Source of the DNA: Bdellovibrio sp. ZAP7
GTDB taxonomy: Bacteria > Bdellovibrionota_B > Oligoflexia > Oligoflexales > RGVZ01
Reading direction: 5' to 3'
Assembly (NCBI GenBank): GCA_945900755.1
Contig: CAMDKS010000011.1
Coordinates: forward strand, 5,837 to 69,836
DNA: 64,000 bases
The stretch's first letter is position 1; the number at the start of each line of letters is the position of its first letter. Of this stretch, positions 54,101-63,993 are shown in pieces. Made by a program: the position numbers and the translations under genes. The notes under the pieces are model-generated. The model saw only the letters and a list, made by a program, of their open reading frames with translations. It had not been told where the DNA came from and made no database searches.

Positions 54101-54748
54101 ATGTTGCTTACTAATATCACCGGTAAATTTCGTCGCAATATTTTATTTGCAGCATTCAGCGCATTAATAATGGCTGGATGCGCATCAAAATCAAATGACG
54201 AGAATGGGGAAGAACAGGAAGACCAGGAAGCCGTTTCTGCGGCAGAACCCACGTCCTCTCCCGCCGCGCCTCCTCCCGAAACCGCCGCGCCTGAATTAGC
54301 AGATCCCGAAGCAGCGGCACCTTCACTAGCAGTTCCTGATGCAGGTATCGCAGCTCCTAGGGGCGGCTCTGTTGCAGCGCCTTCAGCGAGTGAGCCAATG
54401 AATTCGACGCGGCGCGTTTTGTACGTCAAAGCCGGTGGTGCAAAAGTGTACGATAAAGCGGCTAATGGTGCCGTTGTCGGGAAACTTTCAAAAGGCGACC
54501 ATTTGTTAGTAACGGTTGAAGGCGATTGGGCTAGAACGGATGATGGAAGGTTTATTCCCATGAGTAGCCTCAGCATGAAGGGCGTAGGACGTTTGAAGTC
54601 TCAGGCAAATTGGTCGGGAGGCTCAAAAAAGTCCCGCAAGGCAGCGACCGCTAAGAAGGCAAAAGTCATAAAGGCAGCCGCTCCCGCAGCCGCTCCCGCA
54701 GCCGCTCCAGAGGTTGCACCAAGTGCTGACGAGGCCGCGCCAGAGTGA
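54101..54748 (+). CDS. lipoprotein with acidic/Pro-rich linker, SH3-like domain and Lys/Ala/Pro-rich tail
   Basis: Lipobox LIMAGCAS. RRVLYVKAGGAKVYDKAANGAVVGKLSKGDHLLV (bacterial SH3-like). AAAP repeats at the C-terminus. Confidence 0.6.
   Translation: MLLTNITGKFRRNILFAAFSALIMAGCASKSNDENGEEQEDQEAVSAAEPTSSPAAPPPETAAPELADPEAAAPSLAVPDAGIAAPRGGSVAAPSASEPMNSTRRVLYVKAGGAKVYDKAANGAVVGKLSKGDHLLVTVEGDWARTDDGRFIPMSSLSMKGVGRLKSQANWSGGSKKSRKAATAKKAKVIKAAAPAAAPAAAPEVAPSADEAAPE
54674..54709. repeat. 3 tandem copies of a 12-bp unit (gcagccgctccc) in the lipoprotein tail
   Basis: Direct reading. Encodes AAAPAAAPAAAP. Confidence 0.9.
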
Positions 54749-54779
54749 AAATTGACACAAGCTGTATGACCATTTAAAT

Positions 54780-55628
54780 ATGCGGAAACGTGCGAGGAGC
54801 GTTGTGATAGGAAGCAGTGGAGTAAAAGGTAGTCCTTCTGGGGTGCGCGGTGTCATCGACGCCGTTATCACTGAGCCTGTCACGTTTACCGGATCGATGG
54901 TGACGTTTATTGGAAACATGCTGCTTCGGACTGTACGCCCTCGGATGTCATTTTCACTTTTTATTAAGCAATGCGAATTTGTTGGGAACCAAAGTATCCT
55001 CGTCATGATTCTTTCAGGAATGATGATCGGTGCGGTATTTGGACTTCAATTCGGTGAAATTTTCAGAATTTTTGGAGCCGAAGGAATGATTGGTGCTGCC
55101 GCAGGGTACGCCTTGAGTAAGGAGTTGGCTCCAGTCATTGGCTCCTTCCTAGTGACGGCCCGTTCAGGTAGTTCAATGGCTGCCGAGATTGCGACGATGC
55201 GGGTAAATGAGCAAATTGACGCAATGCGAGTGATGGCCGTGAATCCATACAACTACCTGGTGGCTCCACGAATCTGGGCGAGTGTTGCAATGATGCCTCT
55301 TTTGACGATGATTTTCATTATTTCGGGCGTGTTTTGCTCGTTTGTTATCGGGGTGGTCATATACGATGTCGACCTAGCCGTTTTTTTCGATAAAATTCAG
55401 TGGATCGTTAAGCCTAGACATCTGTGGGAGGGGGGGAAGAAGGCTATGATTTTCGGCCTAATTTTCTCGTCGGTTGGATGCTATAAGGGTTTTTTTGCCA
55501 GAGGCGGAGCAAAAGGCGTTGGACGAGCAACGACGGAAGCCGTCGTAATTTCATTGGTGACAATATTAATCGTTGATTTTTTTATTAGCTACTTGACCCA
55601 CATAATGGCTCAAGACGCCCTTCTATAA
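54780..55628 (+). CDS. mlaE: MlaE-family ABC transporter permease (lipid asymmetry maintenance type)
   Basis: LVTARSGSSMAAEIATMRVNEQIDAMRVMAVNPYNYLVAPRIWA, the characteristic MlaE/Ttg2B block. No ATPase or MCE gene is adjacent. Confidence 0.85.
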   Translation: MRKRARSVVIGSSGVKGSPSGVRGVIDAVITEPVTFTGSMVTFIGNMLLRTVRPRMSFSLFIKQCEFVGNQSILVMILSGMMIGAVFGLQFGEIFRIFGAEGMIGAAAGYALSKELAPVIGSFLVTARSGSSMAAEIATMRVNEQIDAMRVMAVNPYNYLVAPRIWASVAMMPLLTMIFIISGVFCSFVIGVVIYDVDLAVFFDKIQWIVKPRHLWEGGKKAMIFGLIFSSVGCYKGFFARGGAKGVGRATTEAVVISLVTILIVDFFISYLTHIMAQDALL

Positions 55629-55737
55629 CACTCGACTCATGTTGAAAAGGATTTCTCCAATCGACCGTTGGGCAGTTGTTGCCTATTATCTGGGAGGCTT
55701 TGTACGTCTAAAATAGAGGTACAAGGAGTTTTTTAGA

Positions 55738-57873
55738 ATGTGGCCAAAACTGCGACTTAATGTCGGTTTATCGCATCGGCAACTAAGAGGGAAAAATTCA
55801 TTGGCGGCTACTATTGTAGTTCTCGTCTGTGGTTGCATGTTTGCGCTCGGAATTTATGTATCTAGGATCGTTGAGCGTGAAATTTCCAAATCCGTCGTAA
55901 GGAGTCTAGCCATTTTGCAAACAAAATCTGGTGTGACTGTTTTGATTGGGTCTATCAATACTGGCTTTGGAAAAGTAACTCTAAACGAAGTCAGAATTGG
56001 GCGGGAAGGTTGGGCTGTGATTGATCGCATTCAAGTAGAGGTGTCGCTGGTCCCCTGGCGCGACTTTCTAAGGGTTACCAACGTAGGTATAGGTCAATTG
56101 GTGATTAAGGCTCCATGGCGCCGAGAGCTGTGGCCCGCCGAAATGACGTTGCTTGTCGACCTAATTTCTAAAAGGGTTTTAGGTCAACGCAAAGATGGGG
56201 TCACAGTTAGTAGCACATCCAGCCGGTATCTGCCGATGGCCTTTTACCTAAATGCTGGGCGGATTGAATTTAGCGATCAAAAGACCACAAAAATTCTTGG
56301 TGAGAACATTTCACTTTCTGGAGATTTTTCGCAACGTCAGTTTCATCTTCGATTTGACCACCTAACGGCCCTCGGGCGTTTTGACGAATCTTTTGTCGAG
56401 GCAACCCTCAGCATGCCGCGCAATGAGAAGCCCACTTTGCTACTATCGAGTCGACCCAAGAGTGACGTGCCCCCAATCTGGAACGCCAACTGCGCTATGG
56501 ACGTTTCTAAAAAGTCAGTCGCCTGTGACGTTGATGCACAAAATCTGCCTTCGTCACTGACCGCTCCACTACGAAGTCGTCTGGGTGCCGACTTTTCACC
56601 GGGGTTTCGCGGCAATATCTCTGTTGAGCCGCTTGCGATTGATTCTTTGAGCAAGGGCGTTACGTTAGGCGTGAAGGGTGAGTTCAACAAAATTCAAATC
56701 ACGAACCCGGCTTTGGCCGTTGCGCGTGTTGGTCCGTCGAAAGTTCAAGTTTCAAGCGTGTCTCATTTGGACTTCGAAAAGAAATCTATAAATGTGGAAA
56801 AATCGTGGATTGTCTTGTTGGCTGGACAGCAGATGGTGAGAGAAGACGATCGAGGGATTCCCATAGAAGTCGAGGCCGCAGGATCCCTAGACAGGAAAGG
56901 GGATGGGTCCTACGTGCCGTCAGGTGTTCTTCGCGTTAAAATGAAACAAATAGAATGTGGAGAGGCTTTTAGGGCCATTCCAGGATCGTTTATGCCCGAC
57001 TTGGGCAAGTTTGAACTTGCTGGGACGGCATCTTTGGTTGGCGCGGTCACTGTAGCCGCAGGCGTACCTAGTATTGCTATTCATTCGTCGACCTTTAACT
57101 GCATAGTCATGATCGCTCCCGAGCTGTATTCGTCGGCCTATTTGGACTCACCATTTATTATTGAGCGAGAATCTGACGTCGGACCAATTCACATCCCCGT
57201 TGATCCTGGTAGGCCGTACTTTGCAGCGTACACGGATATCCCAGAGTTGACGCGGTCGGCATTTGTGTCGAGTGAGGACAGTGGGTTTTACCAGCATCAC
57301 GGCATTGAAATGTCGTCAATCGTCGGAGCGGCACAAAAGAATTCAGAAGCTGGTCGGGCCGTGATCGGAGGTTCAACCATCACCATGCAAACGGTGAAAA
57401 ATCTATATTTGTCTCGCGACAAGACAATCTCAAGAAAGGCACAAGAAGTCTTTTTAGCGTGGCATATTGAGAGGATCGTTTCAAAAGAGCGCATTTTGGA
57501 AGTCTATCTAAATATGGTCGAATTTGGACCTGGATTATATGGGCTTGGTCAAGCCAGCCAAAGATTTTTTGGGAAAACTCCTCAGCAGTTAACACTTAAG
57601 GAATCTGTTTACCTCGCTTCGCTTTTGCCAGCGCCAGTGCCAAGATATCGCTATTTTTGTGAGGGGAAATTAACCCCAAATTACGAAAAAATTGTCAAAC
57701 AACTACTGGATCGGATGTTGAGCTTAGGGAAAATCACGGCGGCAAAACATGCTGTCGCTGCTGCGGAAAGGATTCATTTTTCTGAAATTGAGCGTGAGAG
57801 CGCCTGTGGAGGCATGTCCGTTCATCTAGAAAAGCAAGACGAGACGGCTGGCTTGCTAGAAGATGTAGATTAA
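55738..57873 (+). CDS. membrane-anchored protein: large beta-rich N-terminal domain + C-terminal GT51 peptidoglycan glycosyltransferase domain (no transpeptidase)
   Basis: GT51 motifs: SSEDSGFYQHHGI, GGSTITMQTVKNLYL, RKAQEVFLA..IE...SKERILEVYLN, and a GxG segment. The N-terminal ~470 aa could not be assigned. Confidence 0.75.
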   Translation: MWPKLRLNVGLSHRQLRGKNSLAATIVVLVCGCMFALGIYVSRIVEREISKSVVRSLAILQTKSGVTVLIGSINTGFGKVTLNEVRIGREGWAVIDRIQVEVSLVPWRDFLRVTNVGIGQLVIKAPWRRELWPAEMTLLVDLISKRVLGQRKDGVTVSSTSSRYLPMAFYLNAGRIEFSDQKTTKILGENISLSGDFSQRQFHLRFDHLTALGRFDESFVEATLSMPRNEKPTLLLSSRPKSDVPPIWNANCAMDVSKKSVACDVDAQNLPSSLTAPLRSRLGADFSPGFRGNISVEPLAIDSLSKGVTLGVKGEFNKIQITNPALAVARVGPSKVQVSSVSHLDFEKKSINVEKSWIVLLAGQQMVREDDRGIPIEVEAAGSLDRKGDGSYVPSGVLRVKMKQIECGEAFRAIPGSFMPDLGKFELAGTASLVGAVTVAAGVPSIAIHSSTFNCIVMIAPELYSSAYLDSPFIIERESDVGPIHIPVDPGRPYFAAYTDIPELTRSAFVSSEDSGFYQHHGIEMSSIVGAAQKNSEAGRAVIGGSTITMQTVKNLYLSRDKTISRKAQEVFLAWHIERIVSKERILEVYLNMVEFGPGLYGLGQASQRFFGKTPQQLTLKESVYLASLLPAPVPRYRYFCEGKLTPNYEKIVKQLLDRMLSLGKITAAKHAVAAAERIHFSEIERESACGGMSVHLEKQDETAGLLEDVD

Positions 57874-58793
57874 ATGCTGTTTTTGCTAAGTGGAAACTTG
57901 ATGGGTTTAGCCACGGCATTGTAGGCCTGATAGCGCCCTTTGCTGTCGCATTGTATGCGACTCATGGCGACTTCGTGGTCGTGGGTGTAGAAAACCCAGG
58001 AATTTTCATTGGCAAATTGATCGTAAAAAGATTTTTTTTCATCAATCACACATTCTGGGAAGCGGTCGTATCCCATGGTGATTGGGAGGTGTACCCAAGA
58101 TTGCCCGGGGACTAAATCGCCAGCAAAGACCACTCGGTGACTAGCCGTCCATTTAGAATCGGGATCAGCAGAGACGCTTGTCGCGACAGTGTGCATTTGC
58201 CCAGGGGTGTGTCCATTCGAATAAACAAACGAAATAGCGTGCGGAAGAACGTCTTTGTGAGTAGCATTGTCGACGAGAATCAATCGTCCACTAGCTTCTA
58301 GGAGCTCTGTCATTCCAGGAATAAACGAGGCTCGGTCGCGAGGATGAGGCTTCTGAGCTCGTTCGAAGGCGATACGGCCAACGACGTATTTTGCCTTTGG
58401 GAATAGGAGTGTTAAGACCTCGTTTTGTTGTTCCTTCCATGCAGGGAGTAGGCCTCCAGCATGGTCAAAATGTAGATGCGACAAGATCACGAAATCAATA
58501 TCGTTTTCAGATAAATTGAGTGCCTTGAGATTTTCCAATAATTTATGGGTGGTCTCTGTGACCCCATAGCGCTCTGCAAGTTTAGGTTCAAAAAACGCAC
58601 CGATTCCGGTTTCGCACAAGATTTTTTTGCCGTCAATTTCGAGTAACATGGTTCGACAGTGGAGCATGATCCTGTTTTGATCGTCAGGTTCGATCCACTT
58701 GCTCCATACTGAGCGAGGTGCATTTCCAAACATGGCACCACCGTCAAGCTTTTGGCGATTTCCTTCGACAGCGGTGATGGTTACTTCAGACAA
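57870..58793 (-). CDS. metallo-beta-lactamase-fold hydrolase
   Basis: ILSHLHFDHAGG (HxHxDH motif). Confidence 0.8.
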   Translation of the reverse strand: MSEVTITAVEGNRQKLDGGAMFGNAPRSVWSKWIEPDDQNRIMLHCRTMLLEIDGKKILCETGIGAFFEPKLAERYGVTETTHKLLENLKALNLSENDIDFVILSHLHFDHAGGLLPAWKEQQNEVLTLLFPKAKYVVGRIAFERAQKPHPRDRASFIPGMTELLEASGRLILVDNATHKDVLPHAISFVYSNGHTPGQMHTVATSVSADPDSKWTASHRVVFAGDLVPGQSWVHLPITMGYDRFPECVIDEKKSFYDQFANENSWVFYTHDHEVAMSRIQCDSKGRYQAYNAVAKPIKFPLSKNSI

Positions 58794-59358
58794 ATTAGAT
58801 GACTCCAGCCGTATTATTTAAAATCCTAAAGCAAAACAGAACATCCTGACAAAAAATATTAATTTGTGCAACGATATTGATTTTTTTTTTTAATTTTATT
58901 AACGGTGACGTGTAAAGATCCATTGATCAGTAGAGACACGTTACTGGCGCATTCGCGCCGGGGACTGATTAAGAGTTGTCTAATGACTATGCATGACGGT
59001 GAAGTCCTTGCCATATATGAACTTCACTTGTCAAATGACCATCATTATTAACAAGCCCTGTGGATGAATTTTGGATGGATTGAAGTAGCAACACACTTGA
59101 GGGCGCGATTTATCCGCTGTAGGTCAAATACTGTAGTTTTCAGGCGGCTGCTAACATATTGCGGCACTACACCATGTTTCCCACCAATCCATTTGGGCAG
59201 CCAGTCTCTGAGGTGAGTATTTAACCCTGTTTAAACAATGGGTTGAATTATTTTTTGATAATTGTGTTAAAGCCGTAGGCAGATTTTGCCGATGAACCTA
59301 TTGAGCACAGGAGATCAAGGATGGCCTTGAGTATTCCTGGGTTTTGAGGTTGATCCTA

Positions 59359-61182
59359 ATGCGGAAAATGTATTTCTTAAAATCAGTTCTTTTTGGCTCT
59401 ATTGTTGCTGCTCCAACAATATTTGCGGAGACTACTTTTTCCACTCTTCCCGAGATGATTGAAAAAGAGTGGCAGTCCCACAGTGTCCTTAGGTCTACAC
59501 GCATGCTGAGTGAAGCAATTAATGGCGGTGCTCCATTGCGACTGGGGCAAGGGTCTCCCGTTGATGCCCTGCGCAGCTACCTTCGCAAACAAGGTCTCCA
59601 TCCATTACTTACTCTGGCCGCACCACAAAAAATTCAAGAATTCGGGCTTGCTAGCCACTCTGCTCTGAGTGTTACAAATTTTACTTTAAAAGCCGGAAAC
59701 TATAATGTTTGTAAATCTTCAGTCAGATTGATTGAGACCCAGGCCGGTGACGCGTTCGTTTTGGGTGTAACTCCGAACGTGAACGCTGTATATGCCATGA
59801 CGGACGATGCGTGGTCGTCAGCCGCTTCTGCGATTGCTTTAGCGACGGATGCCTTGGTGCAGGCCGGCGTGGACGTGACTGCGGTTCAGGTCACGAAACT
59901 TGCTAAGTGTGTTTTTCCAATAGACAGTGAGCTTAGGGCTGCGTGGCAAATTGTGTTGCGAGCAGGTTCGTCGCCGTATCAATTATTTGTTGGCGGCAAC
60001 GGCATCATAGAAGGTGATATCTTGTCCTTTGATGCTGTTGATGCAACAATCCGCGCTTACAGCTCCAATCCGACATCTGGTACGTTAACGGACTTTACCA
60101 TTAAGGTAAATGGTGATGGCTATTTAACGAATAGCTATTTTACAACCCTTGACGCTGGGACCACTGCCGTTGGGCGAGTTAATTCAACAACCAATGCGTT
60201 TACAAACGCCCCAGGAACATCGTTCTTCCCCGAGCAGTCGTCGTTTGCACATGTGAATCAGCATCGAGACTTCGCAGAGGCCAATGGTTACGTGTGGCCC
60301 GTAGATCCAAATTGGCCAAAGCCTTTGACGGTGAAAAATCACGTCGTATTCAGCGGTGGTAAAGTGAATAATGCACAGTATACGCCGTTTGACGGGACCT
60401 CAGGTCCATTTATTCAAATTGGCGATGGCGATGGATCGACGCTTACGAATCTATCTGTTGACAGTGATGTGGTCAGCCACGAATTTGGGCATCACATTGT
60501 TTTTGGATCCATCACAACCACGTCTGGGGAGTCCCTAGTATTACATGAGGGACTTGCGGATTCGATCACCTTTTTGCGAATGGGAGATTCTTGCCTTGGT
60601 GAGTCCATCTGTCCAGCCGCAAGCAGTCTTTGTGCTGTGGCCGGCAAGTGTTTGCGTACTGGCTCTAATACCATAAAGTATGGGGAAAAATCTTTTACCG
60701 ATCTAAAATCAGCGGCCCATTTGCAGGGTCAGCTGGTTTCAGGATTTTTCTGGGATCTTTATCAAGGTACAGGTATTCCAAAAGCAGAGCTTAATAAACT
60801 GCTCATTAGCTCAATTACATTTTTGCCTGCTGCCGCACAGATAAAAGACTTAGTCATAGCCGTTTTGAATGCCGAATATGTACTCTTCGCAAAAACCTAT
60901 CAGCCTGTTATTCTTGCTGCCGCAGAGGCGCGCGGCATGAGTGTCGCAAGTCTCGGAATTGATTTGTCTACAATTGATGGAAAAAAAGACTCAGTGGAGG
61001 CGACCGCCGCAGCGCCTGCGAAGTCTTCTAGCAAGAAATCAATTCTTGGTTTGTGTTCTATCGGTTCGGAGTCAGGATCCACCGTGTCTTCTCTTTGGAT
61101 TGCAATGGGACTGCTGCTACCGGTCATCGTGCAAATTCTTCGCCGGCCACGTCCTGTTTTGGTTAAAGCACGTAAAAGATAA
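59359..61182 (+). CDS. secreted HEFGHH gluzincin-like metalloprotease (paralogue P3) with C-terminal Cys/TM/Arg tail
   Basis: GAGG RBS before ATG 59359. Signal peptide MRKMYFLKSVLFGSIVAAPTIFA. VVSHEFGHHI-x17-LHEGLADSITF (thermolysin-like spacing). Tail GLCSIGSESGSTVSSLWIAMGLLLPVIVQILRRPRP. Confidence 0.7.
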   Translation: MRKMYFLKSVLFGSIVAAPTIFAETTFSTLPEMIEKEWQSHSVLRSTRMLSEAINGGAPLRLGQGSPVDALRSYLRKQGLHPLLTLAAPQKIQEFGLASHSALSVTNFTLKAGNYNVCKSSVRLIETQAGDAFVLGVTPNVNAVYAMTDDAWSSAASAIALATDALVQAGVDVTAVQVTKLAKCVFPIDSELRAAWQIVLRAGSSPYQLFVGGNGIIEGDILSFDAVDATIRAYSSNPTSGTLTDFTIKVNGDGYLTNSYFTTLDAGTTAVGRVNSTTNAFTNAPGTSFFPEQSSFAHVNQHRDFAEANGYVWPVDPNWPKPLTVKNHVVFSGGKVNNAQYTPFDGTSGPFIQIGDGDGSTLTNLSVDSDVVSHEFGHHIVFGSITTTSGESLVLHEGLADSITFLRMGDSCLGESICPAASSLCAVAGKCLRTGSNTIKYGEKSFTDLKSAAHLQGQLVSGFFWDLYQGTGIPKAELNKLLISSITFLPAAAQIKDLVIAVLNAEYVLFAKTYQPVILAAAEARGMSVASLGIDLSTIDGKKDSVEATAAAPAKSSSKKSILGLCSIGSESGSTVSSLWIAMGLLLPVIVQILRRPRPVLVKARKR

Positions 61183-61336
61183 AAATCCATCAAACTCAAT
61201 TATAATTCGCTAGTTATAAGCACTCGGAGGGCTCCGAAACAACGCATTTAATGCGGGGTGCTTTAGTTTCCTACCGCCTATCCGAAAAGTAATTTATTAA
61301 ACCGACAGGCGAAGGCTCCGGAAAGGAATTCTATTC

Positions 61337-62506
61337 GTGTGCATTGAGTCAACGACCATTTTAGATCCGCTGACGTCACCTCGTGGCGAGGTTACATTTT
61401 CCTGTGTTTTACGCAAAGCGACCTTCGTCCTTGCAATAAGCGCCTGGATTCCCCTATTTTGTTTGGGAACTCCTGCCTCCTCTGCTTTTGCAGGGGATGG
61501 TGTTGAGATTGTGCCGATAGCGGTGTGGCAAGGGCAATACGGGCGGGCAATCGATGTGGAAGGCTTGCAGGAAATTCGCAAGGCGTTCCCAGGACGGCGT
61601 TTTGCTCATGCCGTTGATGCCGCATGGATTATGCGTGGGGATGCGGCCAGGGAACGCTTTCAAAGGCATTTTTCTCAAGTCGCCGATACCGCCGATGATG
61701 TGTTGATGCACCTGGCGCCTTGGAAAAGCATCACAGGAAGGGCGGGAGTGGCCTTTAAATATGGGCCCACGGCGTTTGGTGCTCCCATCTCTGACCTAGA
61801 CTGCATCATCGACTGTGGGCTTGATTTGAGCTTCAGTGCATTTGCAATAAATGAGACATCGTCGATCATTTCCAGCGCCAAGAAAGCTCTGGAGGAGGCG
61901 GGTTTCGGCCATCCCAAGGCCGTATATTTCGATGAAGGCATTGTCGAACGAAGAACTCGATCTGCGGCCATCGGCCAGGGATTGCTAGAAGATTGGTCGG
62001 GGGCAGAATTGGCGCAGTTTAAAGACGTGATAGGAAGTCTTCCGGTGTACCTGCGCAATGAGCAAAATGTGCAGGATTTTCCAGTGGCTAATATGAAAGA
62101 AAGGACAAGTAGTGGACTTGTGCTCGATCACGTGCGGTACGGTATTCAAGCAGAAATTGGAGACATGGATGGAGCCTTGAAACTAATCAAAATGGCACTA
62201 TCGACCGCAAAAGCTGAGGGGAGAGTCGTCAGAATTCCGATCATTTTTAATGTTGAAGATTTGGTACATACCAAAAACTATGTCAAAGAGGCTCTATGGA
62301 CGGCAAATAAACTGGCTGTGGAAGCTGGAGTTCCCGTGGTAGACTGGACTGTTCTGAATACGACATGGGACATTAAAAAAATCGGATCTTTTGTGGCTTC
62401 GCAATCCCTTGTGACCCAAGACCCCTCCTCGAAGCCTAAGGATTTGGACGAGGCGGAGTTCGTTCCATCAAACGCGCCAGTGGCAGTAGATCTCGACGCT
62501 CATTAA
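61337..62506 (+). CDS. hypothetical secreted protein
   Basis: GTG start with GGAAAGGA upstream. Hydrophobic N-terminal segment ending SSAFA. No motif recognised. Confidence 0.45.
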   Translation: MCIESTTILDPLTSPRGEVTFSCVLRKATFVLAISAWIPLFCLGTPASSAFAGDGVEIVPIAVWQGQYGRAIDVEGLQEIRKAFPGRRFAHAVDAAWIMRGDAARERFQRHFSQVADTADDVLMHLAPWKSITGRAGVAFKYGPTAFGAPISDLDCIIDCGLDLSFSAFAINETSSIISSAKKALEEAGFGHPKAVYFDEGIVERRTRSAAIGQGLLEDWSGAELAQFKDVIGSLPVYLRNEQNVQDFPVANMKERTSSGLVLDHVRYGIQAEIGDMDGALKLIKMALSTAKAEGRVVRIPIIFNVEDLVHTKNYVKEALWTANKLAVEAGVPVVDWTVLNTTWDIKKIGSFVASQSLVTQDPSSKPKDLDEAEFVPSNAPVAVDLDAH

Positions 62507-62527
62507 TTTTATAGACGGGTAAATCCC

Positions 62528-63331
62528 ATGGTTTTTTTTGTTGATGTTCATACTCACCTAACTCACGATGATTTCAATCGGGATCGCGATCTCGTGATCG
62601 CACGGGCTAAACTGGCGGGCCTAGGTGCTATTGTCGTCAATGGACTTGAGCCAAAAAGCAATCGCATGATTTTGGACATGGCCAAGGCAGATGGCCTCAT
62701 AAAACCGGCGTTAGGCATTTATCCTCTTGACGCCGTCTGTGAGATTATTCCTAAAGATTTTCCCTTTGAAGTGCGGAAATTTGATGTATTCGAAGAGGTT
62801 GCCTTTATACGCAGTGAGGCCTTGGCTGGACGGTTGGCTGCGATTGGAGAGTGCGGACTGGACGGGCACTATCTCGGGCCAGAGTATTTGCCGGGACAGG
62901 AAAAAGTATTTGAGGCACTGATCGGCGTGGCGATGGAGTGTAATCTTCCGATCATTATTCACACCAGAAAATGCGAACGACGAGCCGGAGAGATTCTTGC
63001 CGCACATGGTATCGAAAAGGTTAATTTTCATTGCTTTGGTGGACGAGTGAATCTCGCCAAAGAGCTAGCGGAGAAGTACGGGTGGTGGTTTTCCATCCCC
63101 GCAAATTGCACCGTCAATGAAGGTTTTCAGAAGATGTTAAGTGTCTTGCCACCAGACCAGATTCTCACGGAAACAGATGCGCCTTATTTGGGCCCTGTAA
63201 AGGGACAACGCAATGAGCCGGCCAACGTCGTCGGAACCGTTCAGCAACTGGCTAAGCTTCGTGGATGGACAGACGAAGACGCAAAAAAACGAGTGTACGA
63301 TAATTACACTCGGCTCTTTGGTATTCTTTAG
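62528..63331 (+). CDS. tatD: TatD-family metal-dependent hydrolase
   Basis: VDVHTHL, GECGLD, IIHTR, ETDAPYL. Confidence 0.9.
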   Translation: MVFFVDVHTHLTHDDFNRDRDLVIARAKLAGLGAIVVNGLEPKSNRMILDMAKADGLIKPALGIYPLDAVCEIIPKDFPFEVRKFDVFEEVAFIRSEALAGRLAAIGECGLDGHYLGPEYLPGQEKVFEALIGVAMECNLPIIIHTRKCERRAGEILAAHGIEKVNFHCFGGRVNLAKELAEKYGWWFSIPANCTVNEGFQKMLSVLPPDQILTETDAPYLGPVKGQRNEPANVVGTVQQLAKLRGWTDEDAKKRVYDNYTRLFGIL

Positions 63332-63339
63332 TACCTAAC

Positions 63340-63993
63340 TTACAACCAAAGCGAGAATCCTGTGCCAAAGTTGGTCGTTTTAGAGGTGATCATCGTTGTG
63401 TCAGTATCACCACCAGAACGGACGGCGTGTTCATCGATCATTTTTCCTTGGCCAAATAACGAAACGCGCTCGCTTAAGAAGTAGTTAAATCCAAGGCTAT
63501 AATAAGTTCCGCTACCATAAAAATCAGTGGTACTAAGATTGTGCTGGTAGTCGTAACGACTGCCAATGAGGCCGCCGCCAGCTTCAAGATTTGCAATTGG
63601 TGCAAGGAAAACAAGGCGCATTCCCGCCGTGAAGCGACTGCCGCCTAGGCGCTCTAGGCTTGTATTTGCGGAGCGCATATTCATCATGCTGTGGGCCACG
63701 TTAAATTGAACGAACTTTAAAAGTTCTAGGCCGAAGGTTTGGGTCAAATTATAGCCCTTCCATTTACCTGTGCTTGTACTTGTCGAGGCAGCCATGGAGG
63801 ATGTGCTTTTATTCGATGTTAAACTGAAGTCTCCGTATTCGCCCTCAATGGATTGCGAAACAAAAACATGAGAGATTGAGCTTGAACGATAGCTGTTCAC
63901 CAGATTATGTGACTGTGATTGCGCAAAGGCTGAGGGTGCTAGAAAGCAAAAGGATAGTGCTCCTAGAGACAAAGTCATCGCGTTTGATTTCAA
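63340..63993 (-). CDS. small outer-membrane beta-barrel protein
   Basis: Signal peptide MKSNAMTLSLGALSFCFLAPSAFA. Alternating amphipathic strands with an aromatic-rich C-terminus ...TGFSLWL. Confidence 0.6.
   Translation of the reverse strand: MKSNAMTLSLGALSFCFLAPSAFAQSQSHNLVNSYRSSSISHVFVSQSIEGEYGDFSLTSNKSTSSMAASTSTSTGKWKGYNLTQTFGLELLKFVQFNVAHSMMNMRSANTSLERLGGSRFTAGMRLVFLAPIANLEAGGGLIGSRYDYQHNLSTTDFYGSGTYYSLGFNYFLSERVSLFGQGKMIDEHAVRSGGDTDTTMITSKTTNFGTGFSLWL

Noticed and set aside
54082-54576. 164-aa minus-strand ORF
   Set aside because: It is antisense to the lipoprotein gene, which has a proper lipobox and RBS context. The product is Ala/Ser/Gly low-complexity mirroring the Pro/Ala-rich sense strand.
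59277-59292. AGGCAGATTTTGCC upstream of protease P3 as a sigma-54 promoter
   Set aside because: The GG-to-GC spacing is two nucleotides too short. Sigma-54 promoters do not tolerate this.
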